From Mantamonas sphyraenae STR306 (Eukaryota > Protista > CRuMs), in contig JAPMXV010000046.1 in assembly GCA_026936335.1 (NCBI GenBank), positions 372,001 to 436,000 on the forward strand: DNA of 64,000 bases, given 5' to 3'. Within the stretch, counting starts at the first letter, position 1, and every line of letters starts with the position of its first letter. Under the pieces are notes generated by a model. That model was not told the origin of the DNA and searched no databases. It worked only from the letters and a program-made list of their open reading frames with translations. The position numbers and the translations under genes are program-made. This document shows positions 1 through 12,596 of the stretch, in pieces.

Positions 1-2723
1 AGTCCGGCAGCGAATGCTCCCGTGCGTTTGGATGACAATGCGGATCCTGCGTTGTTGAAGCGAATGATGGAGGTGGTGCCGTACACCGATCAGCCCGAGC
101 TGGGATTGGGCGAGATCAAGGATGCAGAGGTGCGTGCGTTTGTGCGCAGGCACATTGGGATGGACATCAAGCAGCGGTGTTTGCGATGGGTGGTGCATCG
201 GTTGCAACAAACGCCGCATGGCGCCCTCAGCAGCGAGCACGCACGGTACCTGTTGCAACAGTCGGGAGTGCACGCACGTCGATTGGAACTCAAGACGTGG
301 AAGGTGTATGAGGAGGAGCTGGTGAGCAAGTATGGCGTGCGACGGGTGACGGGGGTGTTGGGGCACGGCACGGTGCTTGTGTATCCGGCCGATGGCACGG
401 CGTGGGAAGACCACACGGATGAACTGGTCAACGAGGGACACCGTTGGGTGATGGAGTATCAGGAGGAGGCCAAGAAGGATGTGAGCGAAGCGACAGTGGA
501 CGAGGCAACACAGGCGAGTTTGCGTGCAGCCGGGCTGGCCGATCACATGCTGGATCCGGAGTATGTCGCAGGGTACAAGGACAAGACGAAGCTGTACGAA
601 GCACACCAGGCGGGTCTGTTGGAGGGTGCGGTGGAACAGGCGGGTGGCAGAGTGGAGCTGCGTGGGTTGAAGCGTGCGCGGCGGCAGCGTGTGATGATTC
701 CTCACTGCAGCGAATGCGGCGACGCTCGCTTGGACGACCCTGGCGAACGTGGATGGAACGATCTCAACGAGGAATCATGGGACAAATGGTATCCCATCGG
801 GTTGGCCATGGCCGACGCCGAGGAGCTGGTCGAGCGAAGGAAACGTCGCAGGGTGGCACGTCTTGACCACAAACGCTCACTGGGACTGTCCTCGGGCGCC
901 GCCGGTGGGGCTGTGAATGCAAGAGGAGCCAAGGACAAACGCAGAGGCAGCGGCGGTGGCGGTAGCAGCAGCAGCAGCAGCAGTGGTGGTGGTGGTGGTG
1001 GTGCTCGACGACGTGTGCGTGGACGGCAGGAAGTGGGGATGTTGATGGGCATGGACACAGAGTTTGTGCCAAACAGGATGAGCAAAGAGGTGGAGGAGGC
1101 CACTGCAGACATTGTGGTGGCTGGGACGCTGGGAGGTGTGTTGCAGGCGAGCGAACTGCAGGATCCGCCCATGCTGGGGTTCGATCACGATGATCTGACC
1201 TCGCTGCAGGATCCAATGGCTCTGGATGGGAGCCAGGACGTGCAGGAGCAACTGGCGCAGGGTTCCTCCAAGGCACCCAGGCAGAGGAGGAAGAAAAAGG
1301 CGACGACGACGACGACAACGAGCACAACCCCGGCCACGGGAAAGGTTGGTGGCAGTACGGGGGCCCCGTTGGTACCCAGTCGGACCAGCACCTCATCAAT
1401 GGGCAGCAGCACAGTGTCTGTCAATGCACGCATGGGACAGGAGAGGAATCACCTGTCGATCAAAAAGGGCCTCAAGGTGTTGCGCCAGATGGCAGCGTTC
1501 CTGGAGAGGCAGGAGGGCCAGGAGGAGACCGGCGACGATGAGGAGAATGACAATGACAATGATGATGATGATGATGAGCAGGAAGAAGATGATGGGAACA
1601 ATGACAGCATGGAAGAGGAGAGTAGCAAGACGACGACCACGACGACGACCACAACCAATGCCACCACCGAAGGCGGAGTCGAGGATGTGGATGAGGAGAA
1701 CTGCAGGGATACTTGCGCGAGGTGCAACGACAGCTGATGCGACACTCGGAGCTGGGTGTGCGATCCATGAGTGGTTTGACACCGTTGCAACACCTGCGTT
1801 TGGTGTTGACGCTGCACCGCACGCCGTCGACGGTGCCTGTGGAACATGTGATGATGAAGCTGGGTCTGTTGGACGACCCCAGCTCCATGGATGGCCGCTT
1901 CCCCGTCATGGATGTGGCCAACGTGCACTGGAATCCCGGGTTGGCGTACGCCAGAGTACGCAACGCCATCTTGCGACATGTGTGTGCACGCGTCTTTGCT
2001 GACAATGGCACCAACGCGCAAGCGGGAAGTGTGAGCGATGCAGAGTTGCTGGAGGCCATCGGATGCTCGCCCAGCCTGTTGTACCGTGTGGCCGAAGAAT
2101 TGGTGCTCAACCGGATGCTGTACAAGGACGAATCGTCGACGGAGCCGCACACAACATACACCCTGCATCCAAGGGTGCACAAGCTGTTGTTTGTGCCCTT
2201 GGGCTGGATGCAGCTTGTCGCTGGTGAGAAGGAGGAGGCGGAGGAGGTGCCCAATGCCAACAGCATGCATCCTCAGGTGCATCTGGCCAAGGCATGCACA
2301 CAGGAGTTTCGCATGCGACTGCCAGACTGGTACTACGCACCCATGCCTACATCATCGTCATCCTCATCATCGTCCTCATCGTCATCATCACCGTCCCTGG
2401 TGCTGCTGGATGAGGCAATGCACAGCAGGCGCACGCGGCAGGCCCTCGCCAATGACGAGGTGACCGTGCGTTTGGGATGGCGACGTGTGTGGGTTGAAGA
2501 AGCATCCACGATGGAGGTGGAGGACGACTTGGACGGCGTGCCGGATCTACTGGACGGGGATGAGGCTTGGGTGACGCGGCTCAAGAATGTCTTGCACGCA
2601 CGCATCCATTATGTGCTGTACACAAAGGGACACATGCCCTTGTCGCTTTTGCAGAGGCATGTGCCTGCGTTTACGCCGTCCTCTGTGGCACTGGCGCATG
2701 CAAAGGTGTTGCTGAAGCTGTGA
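1..2723 (+). CDS. 3' part of a large, probably nuclear protein, possibly TFIIIC subunit 1 (Tfc3/GTF3C1)-like; 5' end outside window; frameshift near 1697
   Basis: ORFs 22..1737 and 1713..2723 join if one base is restored at GAGGAG^AACTG (EDVDEE-ELQGYLREVQ). Helical, winged-helix-like blocks are separated by acidic low-complexity linkers. The identity call is weak. Confidence 0.35.
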
Positions 2724-2750
2724 AATGAAGTTGATTGTGATTTCCCGCTG

Positions 2751-5253
2751 TCACGCCCGCACGTGCAAGTACATCTCAAAAATCAAGAGCTGGGACAAGG
2801 TTGGACGAATCTGCTCCAACAGATTCCTTGCCTCCTTGATCCCATCGACAAGATGCATGAGGCTGACGGAGCCGCGCTTGAGTTGCTCCTGCTCGTTTGG
2901 GATGACCACAGGCAGATACGACGCATAGCGCATGTACTCGTCCTCCATCTTGTTCTTGGTTTCCGCAAACGACAGTCCGTGATGCTGCAGCCACAGCAGG
3001 GTGGTAAACGTGGCCTGCTCCAGCAGGATGGGCACTCCCAACACATCCAGCGTGTACCCAACATGCAGGTCCCAGCACCAAAGCCGCCGTCCCGTCTGGG
3101 AATCAAACAGGGGCAGCGTGTACGTGACCCCCTTGCCGTGCACCTCGCCAACCACCGCCTGTCCGGGCGCCTGGGCACGCAGCACACGAGACAAAGACTC
3201 GGGCGGCCGGGAGCACGTGATTTCAAACACCATTGCTTCGATGTCATGTTCCACCACAACCACAATCGACTGGTCGTCCAGAGTCTCGTGCGATCCGTCC
3301 CTTTCCGGATCCGGCGACGGCGTCAGCGTGTACCGCGACACCCTTGCCGACGCCTCCTCCTCCTCCTTCTTTCGCTTCCTCGTCGCCTCGTCCATGAGGA
3401 TGACCCCAGAGAATGTCAGCATGCGTTCGTGCTTGATCTGTTCCAGTCGACTCTGCTTGCCTTCGTGTCGCACACGCTCTTCGCTCTCCCTCCGTGTGCG
3501 TCGCCAGTCCCCACCCAGGTCTGTGCGATGATGAAACCCTGCTCCTTTGCCTTTGCTGCTCTTTCCTTTGCCCTTTGTACTCTTGTTTCCACTGATGCCT
3601 CCGTCACCCATGCTTCCCTCGCCCTTCTTGTTCTTGTTGGCCGTCATCGTCGTCATTGTCCCACCATCTCCCCCATCTCCCCCATCTTCACTTCTCCGGC
3701 TGCCTTTCTTTCGCCTCGCCTTGCGTTTTGCCTTGCGATGCAACTTGCGATAGTTGACGCTGGTGCTGTACATGCTGTCCTGCTGCGCCTGCTCCTTCTG
3801 ATGGTGTGCCAACGCCTCTGCAATCACCTTTTGCCGCCTCTGACTCGCCTCGGTGCCCTGCTGCAACTTCTCCAGCGAGCTGTGTGCCTGCATCGAACGT
3901 TGGTACCGCTTGGGCACAACAGGCACCCCACGGAAGGGCCATGGGATGCGTGTCAGTCGCTCGCTTCGTGGATCCACCTCATGACTGCGTGCGGTGGCAA
4001 AGTCGTAGTACAGCACCATGCCATCGGGATCCCTAAAGCGCATGATGGCTTCCTGGTGATGGTGATTGCCGCCCTCGTTGTGTGGATGCTGTCCGCGTGC
4101 ACGCCGCTCCTCCTGGTTGGCATACCATGCCTCGCGTGCCTCATCGATGGCCTCAAAGAACACATGGTCCAACGGGTGCTCCCGCGTGCTCTCGTCATTG
4201 ATGGCGTTGAAAAAGTACGGAAAGCCGTTGGCGTGGAACTGCTGCCAATTCGCAGGCAACGGTGCAAGCACCGCACGACGCACAATCGGCAGCAGGTACG
4301 ACTCCTCCACAGGGTCGATGGCAAGGTACGTGCACATGTCCTCCATCTCCTCCGGACTCACAACCACCATCTGTCGTTCGTGATCCAATTCCTCGTCATA
4401 GCCACTTGCACCGCCACCACCACCACCACCCCACCACCCACACCCTGGCCTCCACTGCGACTCCCGCGACTTCCCACACTGCTTCGTGACATCGAACGAC
4501 TCCGCCGTCCCGTCTCACTCGAGCCGGCTGCTGCCTCCTCGCTCGTGTCCTCGCCGTCCCCATCCAACCACACCCGCTTGGCAATGCGGTACGTTTGTGC
4601 ATAAGGCACACGCGCAGGCTCCTCATACGTCACCTGTTCCGTGAAAAAGTTGAACCAGAAGCGACCGGGCACAGATTCCGTGTCGTCCTCATCCTCGCTG
4701 CTCCCGTACCCACCCCGGGCCCCATACTGCTTCTCTGCCCACTGCACCCTTCCCTTTGGCTTCACCTGTCCCTCACCTTCCCCTCCCGTGCTTGTTGATG
4801 TCGAGGAGGAGGACGAGGTCGATGTTGCTGAGGACGCACCTCCACCTGCCTTTGCCTCCTCATCGTCCTCCAACAGCTTCAATGCCCCCCCTGCAGGTGT
4901 CAACCGTCCATGCGGTGCCCCAGCACGTGCTTCCCTGTCATCGTCCTCATTATTATCATCTCCCTCCTTCGCTGCCTCGACATCATCATCATCATCATTA
5001 TCACGTTGTTGTTGGGGATCCTCCTCCTCGTCCTCCTCCTGCCGAGTGCCATCGTCCACATGAAACTCCATCCATGGCAACAACCCAGTCAACTCCACAT
5101 CTTCAATGTACTTGTCCAGCTCGGCACGCTCCTGCTGAACCAGAGATCGGAAGAAGCCGTCCAACGGATGGAAACGACTCGTCACCTTGGTCACTCTGTT
5201 GTGAAAGTACGGCCTTCCTTCCTCATCCAGGTACTCTCGCCAATTGTCCGGCT

Positions 5254-5291
<38 letters not shown>

Positions 5292-6022
5292 GAATGATTG
5301 TGTCAGTGCATCGTCTTGCCAACCCCGGGCATTCTTCTCTCCCTGCCAACTCACCAATGGCGCAAGCACCGCCCGTTTGGCAATCCACAGCAGATGAAAC
5401 TCCAGTTTGGGGTTGATACCCAGGTAGTGTGCAAACTCAATGATTTCCTGTGGCGTCGCTGCCATCACTGGCTCCCCGTCTCGTTGGTACAGATGCAACT
5501 CTTCGTCCACCACTTCGTCGGGCAACGACGGCAATGCACTCTCATCAATCTGTACCCACCTGTGTGTCAGCCCCTCCCCCCTCCCCCTCGCAATCACATT
5601 CCCCTCTCCTCTCCTCTCCCCTTTCCATCCCTTTCTCTCTGTCCCCTCCATAGCGGCCGCCCGCAGTCTTACCTGCTGCGAATCCGCCCGTTGCCGCTCT
5701 GCTTCTTCCTCCAACTCCCGTTGCTCCCGTTCCCGCTCCCTTTCCGCCTCTGCCTTCCTTTCCAACTCCGCCAATGCTTCTGCTTCCTCCTTCTGCCTCT
5801 TTTCCATGGCTTGTTTCTCCTCCTCAGCCTTGCGTGCCTTCTCAGCGGCCGCTTCCCGCTCAGCTGCGCTCGCTTCTCCTCCTCCTCCTCCTTTGCCTTT
5901 GCCTCCTGCGCTCGTTTCTCCGTCTCCTCCTTCTCTGCCTTGGCCTTGTCCAGCTTGGATGCCACCGTTCCCACCCCCTGCACCTTGGCTTTCGTCTTTT
6001 TCCTCCTAAAGAATCCCGACAT
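2751..6022 (-). CDS. Coiled-coil protein with two CEP164-type N-terminal/WW modules and a C-terminal DM10-like domain; intron 5354..5252; frameshifts near 5863 and 4430
   Basis: ATG at 6022 (MSGFFRRKK). Splicing GTGAGT..CACGTAG gives EIIEFAHYLGINPKLEFHLLWIAKRAVLAPL|PDNWREYLDEEGRPYFHN..HPLD. A second copy reads EEMEDMCTYLAIDP..APLPANWQQF..PYFFN..EHPLD. C-terminal WDLHVGYTLDVLGVPILLEQATFTT resembles DM10. Confidence 0.75.
5256..5292. repeat. (TG)n microsatellite in intron
   Basis: Read directly; (CA)n on the sense strand just before the acceptor. Confidence 0.95.
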
Positions 6023-6081
6023 CGTTGGTGTCGCTGGCGCCCGCAACACTTCCCCACCCCCAACACACACACACACCATTC
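6023..6081. promoter_or_regulatory. Putative minimal bidirectional promoter (59 nt between divergent ATGs)
   Basis: Inferred from ATGs at 6022(-) and 6082(+). Confidence 0.55.
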
Positions 6082-7684
6082 ATGTTCTCCCGTGTTTCCC
6101 GTGCCTCTGTGGGTGTCTCTCATCGCCACGGTGTGGCCAGTATTGTCGATTCGCTGATGTCCCAGCCTCCCGGCGGCGGGGCGGCGGCCGCGCCTGCTGC
6201 CACGGGCTTGGGCCTTGCCCATCTGTTTTCCACAGCGTCCCAGGACGATGACAAGGCCACGGAGGGATTGACAGCGGAACAACGCAATGCCAATGACATC
6301 GATGTGTCTGATTCGAATGCATCCCAGCGTACCTCGGTCACCATGGAGCTGTGGAGGCGTCGAAAGCAGGACAAGCTCATGAGCTTTGGCGACAAGCTGC
6401 GCGACGAACGCAACCTCGAGCCACAATCTCCGTCCGATTCCTTTGTGCGCGTCCATCTGCCCTTTGGCAGTGATCACAACCTGCGCGAACAATACGTCAA
6501 TCATTACGGCTCCCTCCGGTGCGTGACGATACAACACCCACACCCACCCACACACACCAAACGGCTCGTTTCTGACGGAGAACGCCACTGACACCCGCCC
6601 CTTTCCACCCCACTTCCCACACACCCTCTCATCCGATGTCAGGTTTGGCAAACTGTTGGAGGACATGGATGCGATGGCAGGATTCATTTCCTATCGCCAT
6701 GTGGACGACCCTTTGGATGACGAGCCGCTGCCGACGATTGTGACGGCCAGTGTGGACCGCATCGATCTCATGCGACGGCTGCGTGTGGATAGGAACATTC
6801 GCATGCAAGGGTGTGTGTCGTACGTGGGGAGATCGTCGATGAATGTGCGCATCGAAGTGCTGGGACGCAAGATTCCCAGCACGGAGGACGAGCGACACAA
6901 CCACGAGGACGAACCGGACAGCAATTACGAACGGCTCATCCTGGCCTCCTTTGTCATGGTGGCACGCAATCCATTGGATGAAACCGCATGTGCGGTGCCC
7001 CCCTTGGTGCCTCGTACGGAGCAGGAAAAGGCGTGGTTTGAGGAGGACAAGGCTCGGCTGGCCCAACGCAAGCAGGCTCGCATCAACAGCATCCTCAACG
7101 TGCCACCCACCTCCGAAGAGTCGAAAACCATCCATGACCTCTACCTGGCCTCCCTGAAGGACAAGAAGGATGGAAAAGTCACAGAGTTTGTCTTTATGGA
7201 CGAGACCAAGCTCGACAGCATCGAGGTGTGCCATCCCCAACAACGCAACATCCACAACAAGGTCTTTGGTGGCCATCTCATGCGCAAGGCATTTGAGCTT
7301 GCCCATGTCTCGGCGTCCACCTGTGGCGTGGCACCCGGTTCTCCCCCGTTTTTCCTTGCCCTCGACGACATCAGCTTCCTCCGACCCGTGGAAATCGGCT
7401 CCATTGTACGCTATCGTTCTCAGCTTGTCTATGGTCATGGTCATCCCTCCAAGAGCATCGGCATCCGGGTTGTGGCAGAGATGATCAACCCGCTCACCGC
7501 GGAAGCCCTCCTCTCCAACGTCTTTCACTTTACCTTTACCTACTCCTACGCCACTGGTCCCCTCAAGAGGGTCATGCCCCACAGCTACGACGACGCCATG
7601 CTCTACATTGAAGGCAAGCGTCGCTACGAGACCGGAAAGCGCGCCGCTGCAAACCTCGGTGGCGATCTCCTTTCTATGTACTGA
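6082..7684 (+). CDS. ACOT9: Acyl-CoA thioesterase 9-like double hotdog-fold protein, probably mitochondrial; intron 6519..6642
   Basis: Spliced YVNHYGSLR|FGKLLEDMDAMAG, IVTASVDRI, HPQQRNIHNKVFGGHLMRKAFELA and DDISFLRPVEIGS are ACOT9 signatures. The N-terminus MFSRVSRAS is Arg/Ser-rich, like a targeting peptide. Confidence 0.9.
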
Positions 7685-7727
7685 ATACGGTGGATGGTGG
7701 ATGGTGTGATTCATGTTGTGCAATCAA

Positions 7728-10700
7728 TCACCGGAAACACGCCTGGATGTGCTTCTCATAGTCTTGCAGCATCACCGGGGTCATGCAGTTCTCACAAAAC
7801 GTGTACGCCACCTCCGCGTCATCCTGTTCTTGTTCGTCCAGCGGTTTAGCCACCTCCATGTCTGCCTCTCCCTCATGGTTCTCCGTTGTGCTTGTGTCCT
7901 CCTCTTCCTCCGTGCTGGCTGTGGTGGTCGTCGTCGTGGTTGTTGTGGCGGCCGTCGTCGAGGCTTCCTCCACCACGTCACCACCTGTCTCTCCAGCCTC
8001 TGCTGCCTCACCAGCCTCTGCTGCCTCTCCTTCCTCCTTGTCCTCGTGGGAGGTCAACACATGCACCTGCAGGTCGTCGTGGTGCACAAAGGGTGCCTGG
8101 CACCAATCGCACACAAAGATGGATGGCTCGCGTGCCAAACTGGAGCTGCGATGGGGCCCGTGGCGTCCAAACCCAGGCAGCTTGTTCTTGATGGCTCCTG
8201 GCGAGGGACGGTAGATGTTGCCTTCACACTGGGCGGTGTGGAGAAAGTAGTCACGCTTGCGCACGCGCTGGTGGCACTTTTCACACTCTTCCGTGCGTGC
8301 ACCACACTCCTTCTCATGCTCCAGATACTCCTCAAAGGGCATGCTGAGGCCACAGTGCACGTACTCGCACACCACCTTGCGCTTCCGGCACTCGTGGTGT
8401 CGATGGCGCTTCATCCACCTCTGCTCCACCTCATCACCACACTTGGGACACTCAATGCCCATGTGGATCTTTTCGTGCTCCTCACGTGCCGAAATCGCCA
8501 CCACTGCCTTGCAATCCTCCACGGGGCACACCCAGTTGCTGCGTTCGCATCGCAGCTCGTGCATTGTGTACGATGCCATCGGTACGCGTTTGCCACAGTG
8601 GCCACACACCTGATAATCCACTCCCTCCACCTGCGTGTCATCTTCCTCCATGTGTCCTGCCCCTTTGCCACCCGCGCCGCCGCCGCTGCTGCTGCTGTCC
8701 TCACTTGCGGTGGTTGTGGACGACAGAGAGTCTGTCTTGAGGGGTGCAAACGAGCCGGACAGAGGCATGGCAAAGTCGACGGTGACGTCGGTGTCGGTGA
8801 GGGAGATGCTCTTGCCCGGAGACACCTCAAGGACATTGAGGTCAAAGACGTCGCCTGCCCATTGGATGCGCAGGACGTCGCCTTCCGTCACTGCGTTGTA
8901 GTTGAGCAACACGTGTTCCAGCACCGGTTTGGTGTCGTGGATTTTGTTGTGAAAGTCTGCGCTGTGCGGTTGCAGACGCAGCGACTTGCCCTTGGGCAGT
9001 TTGATCCTGCGCACATGGATGGGACGTCCCTGCTCCACCATCAAATTGTCCATCATCCAGTCGGGCATCACCACCGCGCCCGTCGGTGCCGAAAAGTCCA
9101 GCACACCGCAGCACGACCGCTTGCCAAGTTCGCTGCTGATTTCAAAGATCATCGGCGACGAGTTCTGGTACCCTCCATACGAGTACGACGGTTCCATCTG
9201 CGAGATCTCCTCCAACGCCTCTGTGGGCAACAGCACCTTGCCACTGAACTGGAATCCGCTGTTGTCCTTGTCGCCACGCACACAGGTGTAGGTTTTCCAG
9301 AACCCGCTCACCGTTTCCATGCCGAACCCACTGGCCCCCTCCTCCAGGTTGATGCGTGCCCCACTCGCAATGATTTCCTTGCGGATGCGTGTGCACAGAT
9401 CCAACACGCTGTCCTCACTCGTCCACAGCTGCGGCGACTCCTCGATGATGCCCGACAGCGAGCGAGGCAACCCTGTGACGGCATTCTCCTGCTCCTCCGC
9501 TGCCGACGACGACCCACCGGCACCCACCTCAAACCCAAACGCATCTGTGGATCCGTCGGGAAGCACAAACGTGGGACGCACAATGCGAATCATGGGTGCA
9601 GCGTTGGGAAAGTCAGGCGGGAATTTGAGCTCCACCTGGATTTCCTTACCATTGCGAGGGTGTGCCTTTGCATACGTGGCCAGATCCTGAGCCAATTGCC
9701 TCTCTCGTTCCTCCAGACTGGCGGCGGTGGCTGATGACATGCCACTTGCCCCGTCTTGCCCATCATCCTCGTTGGTCTTGAGCACATCCGCGCCCACCGT
9801 TTCAATCACACCCGACTCGGACTCGGATGCTTCCTCTGCCACAGCGTCGTTGTCGCCTCCCACCTTGACAACGGTGGGTGCCTTGTCAGCTTTCTCCTCC
9901 TCCTCCTCCGTTGTTGTTGTGCTTGATGTCGTTTCGCTCATGCTGTTTTCCACTGCCACCTCTTCCACAGAGCCCTCGCCTTTGCCTGCACTTCCTGAGC
10001 TGCCTCCCGACGCCAGCGCAGACGACGTCACCGTTTTGGCCTCTGCGAGCCAGACACTACTGCCGAGGAACCACCCGCGGATGAGGAGGAGGAGGAGGAT
10101 CCTTCTCCAAACTCACTCAGACGCACAATCCAGTGGAAGAGATCATTGCCTGTGGGTTCTGCACGCAGACCCATCTGTCGGTTGCGAATACTGTTCTCTC
10201 GCATGTGCACCAGCTCCCTGCGCAGACGCTCTGCGGCGGCAAAGGTGCCCGAGGTGGTGCGGTACAGACGTTCGTTCTTGATGAAGCGCTTCTCATAGCC
10301 GCCGTACTCGTTGCGCACGTACTCGTAGCGCTGCTTGGGCATAAACTTGAGTACGGAGCGAGGGATGGGTTTGCCTCCAAACAGGGTGCGCACCTGTTCG
10401 ATGGCGCTCCCCTCGTCGTTGCGCTCCACTGCACTGCGCACCCTGTGCATCCAATGGTCGATCTGCCACGGTGTCGACGCATACTCCACCGCAAGCAGGT
10501 TCAACACCTCGGGAAAGATCGTCTCCTTCCAATCCTCCAGCGTGGGTTCCACATATTCGTAATCGTCTTCGCCGCCGCCGCCACCACCATAACCACCCAT
10601 GGCACCCATGCTGTTTCCTCCGCCACTCATGCCACTGTATCCTCCGAGGCCCAGTGCACTGTCCAGCCCGTCGCTGAGTTCCTTGTGAAACCAGGGCTCG

Positions 10701-12471
10701 TGGATATCCGGCAACACGGCCTTGTCCTTGAAGATGGCCTCAGCCTCCTCTCCATGCACAGCCACGTAGATGGTCTGCAGCAGCTTGGTGATGTGCACAA
10801 ACTTGTTGTTGGTGATGTAATCGTTGATGACTGGCGTGAGCACGGCCAGCGTTTCGTTGTCCGATGCAAAGGCCATGGGCTTCCACGTCTGCGCGTGGAA
10901 CATGAGAGTGAACGAGGCTTCGTTCATGAGAAAGTCCATGGCAAAGTCGTCTGCACGCAGCTGCTCCAACTCCAGATCGATGTCATTCTCGTAGGCCGTG
11001 AGAAACGCGTCCACCTGCTTCTGCAGACGCGCCGACGGGTTGAACGCACCCACTCCGTCGGTGGGACCATGCGACGCGGCGTTGTTGTTGGCCTTGCTGA
11101 GGCTGTTGTACTGCTTGATGAGTCCCTGGGCACGGCCAAACTGGCGCACGGCCGTGTTTGCGTGCATGAAGAAGGAGCCGAGGGACATCTGACCGCCTGC
11201 ATACAACTTGTTGTTCAGACTCTCTGTCAGCGTGTTCATCTCCTCATGTTCACTCATGATGGCCACCGGGTTGGTCCAGCTCTCGTCCAGGATGACCTGG
11301 ATGGTGTACACCTTGTCGTCGGCGCTGTCCAGCACAAACGTCACAATGTGCGATTGTTCGTCCATGCTTGCCAGCTGCAGGTTCACCCCGTCTGCTTGCA
11401 ACTCAAAGCACCACCGTTCCAACTCCTCACGGACCTTGGCCATCCTCACTGCTTCGTCGTCCTCACTCTCTGCACCGCTGCCCACCATCACCTGTTCCTG
11501 TCCTTCGTATTCCTCGTCATCATCGTCATCGTCGTCATCGTCATCGTCATCGTCATCATCGCCGTTGCTTGCATTTGCGGTCACTCGCACAGCGCCACCT
11601 GCCAGCGAACCCAACAAGCTTTGCACACCGCTTTTCGCCGCCGCATAGCCGCTCTGTGTCAGGGGAGTTTTGGTTGCACCACATTAGTGTGCATGGGGTC
11701 AATGGTGGGATGAGCAGGGGTCAGTCTCAGAGAGAGTGTGTGTGGGTGGGTTCCCGACAGCCCACCCTCTGCCGAGTTGTGTGTGACACAAATCCCCTCC
11801 GTCACGTTTGACACACCCCTGTGGGACACCTACCACCTGATTGATCTGTGGAGCATTGCTGTGGAGATAGATGGAGGACAGCAGGAGCTGTTCCTTGAGG
11901 CTGGTGGAGTTGTCGCCTGCCGATTCGGCCAGTTTGTTGTTGACCAGCTGCACCCATTCGCCCAGCCGCTTGTCCGTAGAGGCAAAGAACTGTGCACCGG
12001 ACAGCCACACACCGTGCAAGGTCACCACAACCCATGTCAGGATCGTGTCAGTGATCATGTGCGTGGAATACTCCTCCCCAGTAGGCCCAAACAAGGGGAA
12101 AAGGCCCGAGTGTGGGAGGGGCTGCTGAGTGATTGATGAAGGGACGAATTCCGTCTGAGGAAGTGGATGAGACGTACCATAGGAGTCCAGCTGTCATTGC
12201 AGATTACATGGAAGGGCACGTTGTTGGCACCGACAGTAAAGCGGATTTCGAATTGGTCTCCAATGACTTGGGTGACCTTGAAGTTCTGGTCGGAGAGCGA
12301 TTGGTACGAGTCCAGCCAGCGTTGCACCTCGGCCTTCAGGGTCTTGCTCACATCCTGGAAATATGTGGAGGCGTTGAGCACATCACCATCGTCCGTCACC
12401 TCTGCCTCCTCCCCCTGCTGCTGCTGCTGCTGCTGCTGCTGTGGCACACTGTGTTCGTCGTTGGAGGACAT
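7728..12471 (-). CDS. Multidomain ubiquitin-system protein: three RWD-like repeats, UBE2Q-like E2 fold without catalytic Cys, UFD1 domain, TRAF-type/C2H2 zinc fingers; exons ~12471..12178, 11989..11834, 11653..7728; frameshift near 10047
   Basis: GT-AG introns restore the frame. E2-like AERLRREL..GNDLFHWIVRLSEF..LAQDL..ELKFPPDFPNAAPMIRIVRP. UFD1 SGKVLLPTEAL..PMIFEI..CGVLDFSAPTGAVVMPDWMMDNL..LPKGKSLRLQP. Zinc fingers CGHC..HELRC, CPKC..HRHHEC and CEKC..HTAQC. Confidence 0.8.
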
Positions 12472-12596
12472 TCAGTTTTTGGCTTGCCTGCCGCCGCGAA
12501 GGCGCAAACACAGAAACTGCGGAGAAGTGGATGCAAAGCAGCGCAGAAGCGAAACCGCTGTTTCACTTTTGTGTGATTGACCCCGTGTGTGTGGAC

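Noticed and set aside
10043-10116. GTGAGT..CTCGCAG intron that would repair the E2-UFD1 frameshift
   Set aside because: It is in frame, but it would delete SEFGEGS, which aligns with the E2 strand-loop after WxVxL. A single-base error seems at least as likely; unresolved without RNA data.
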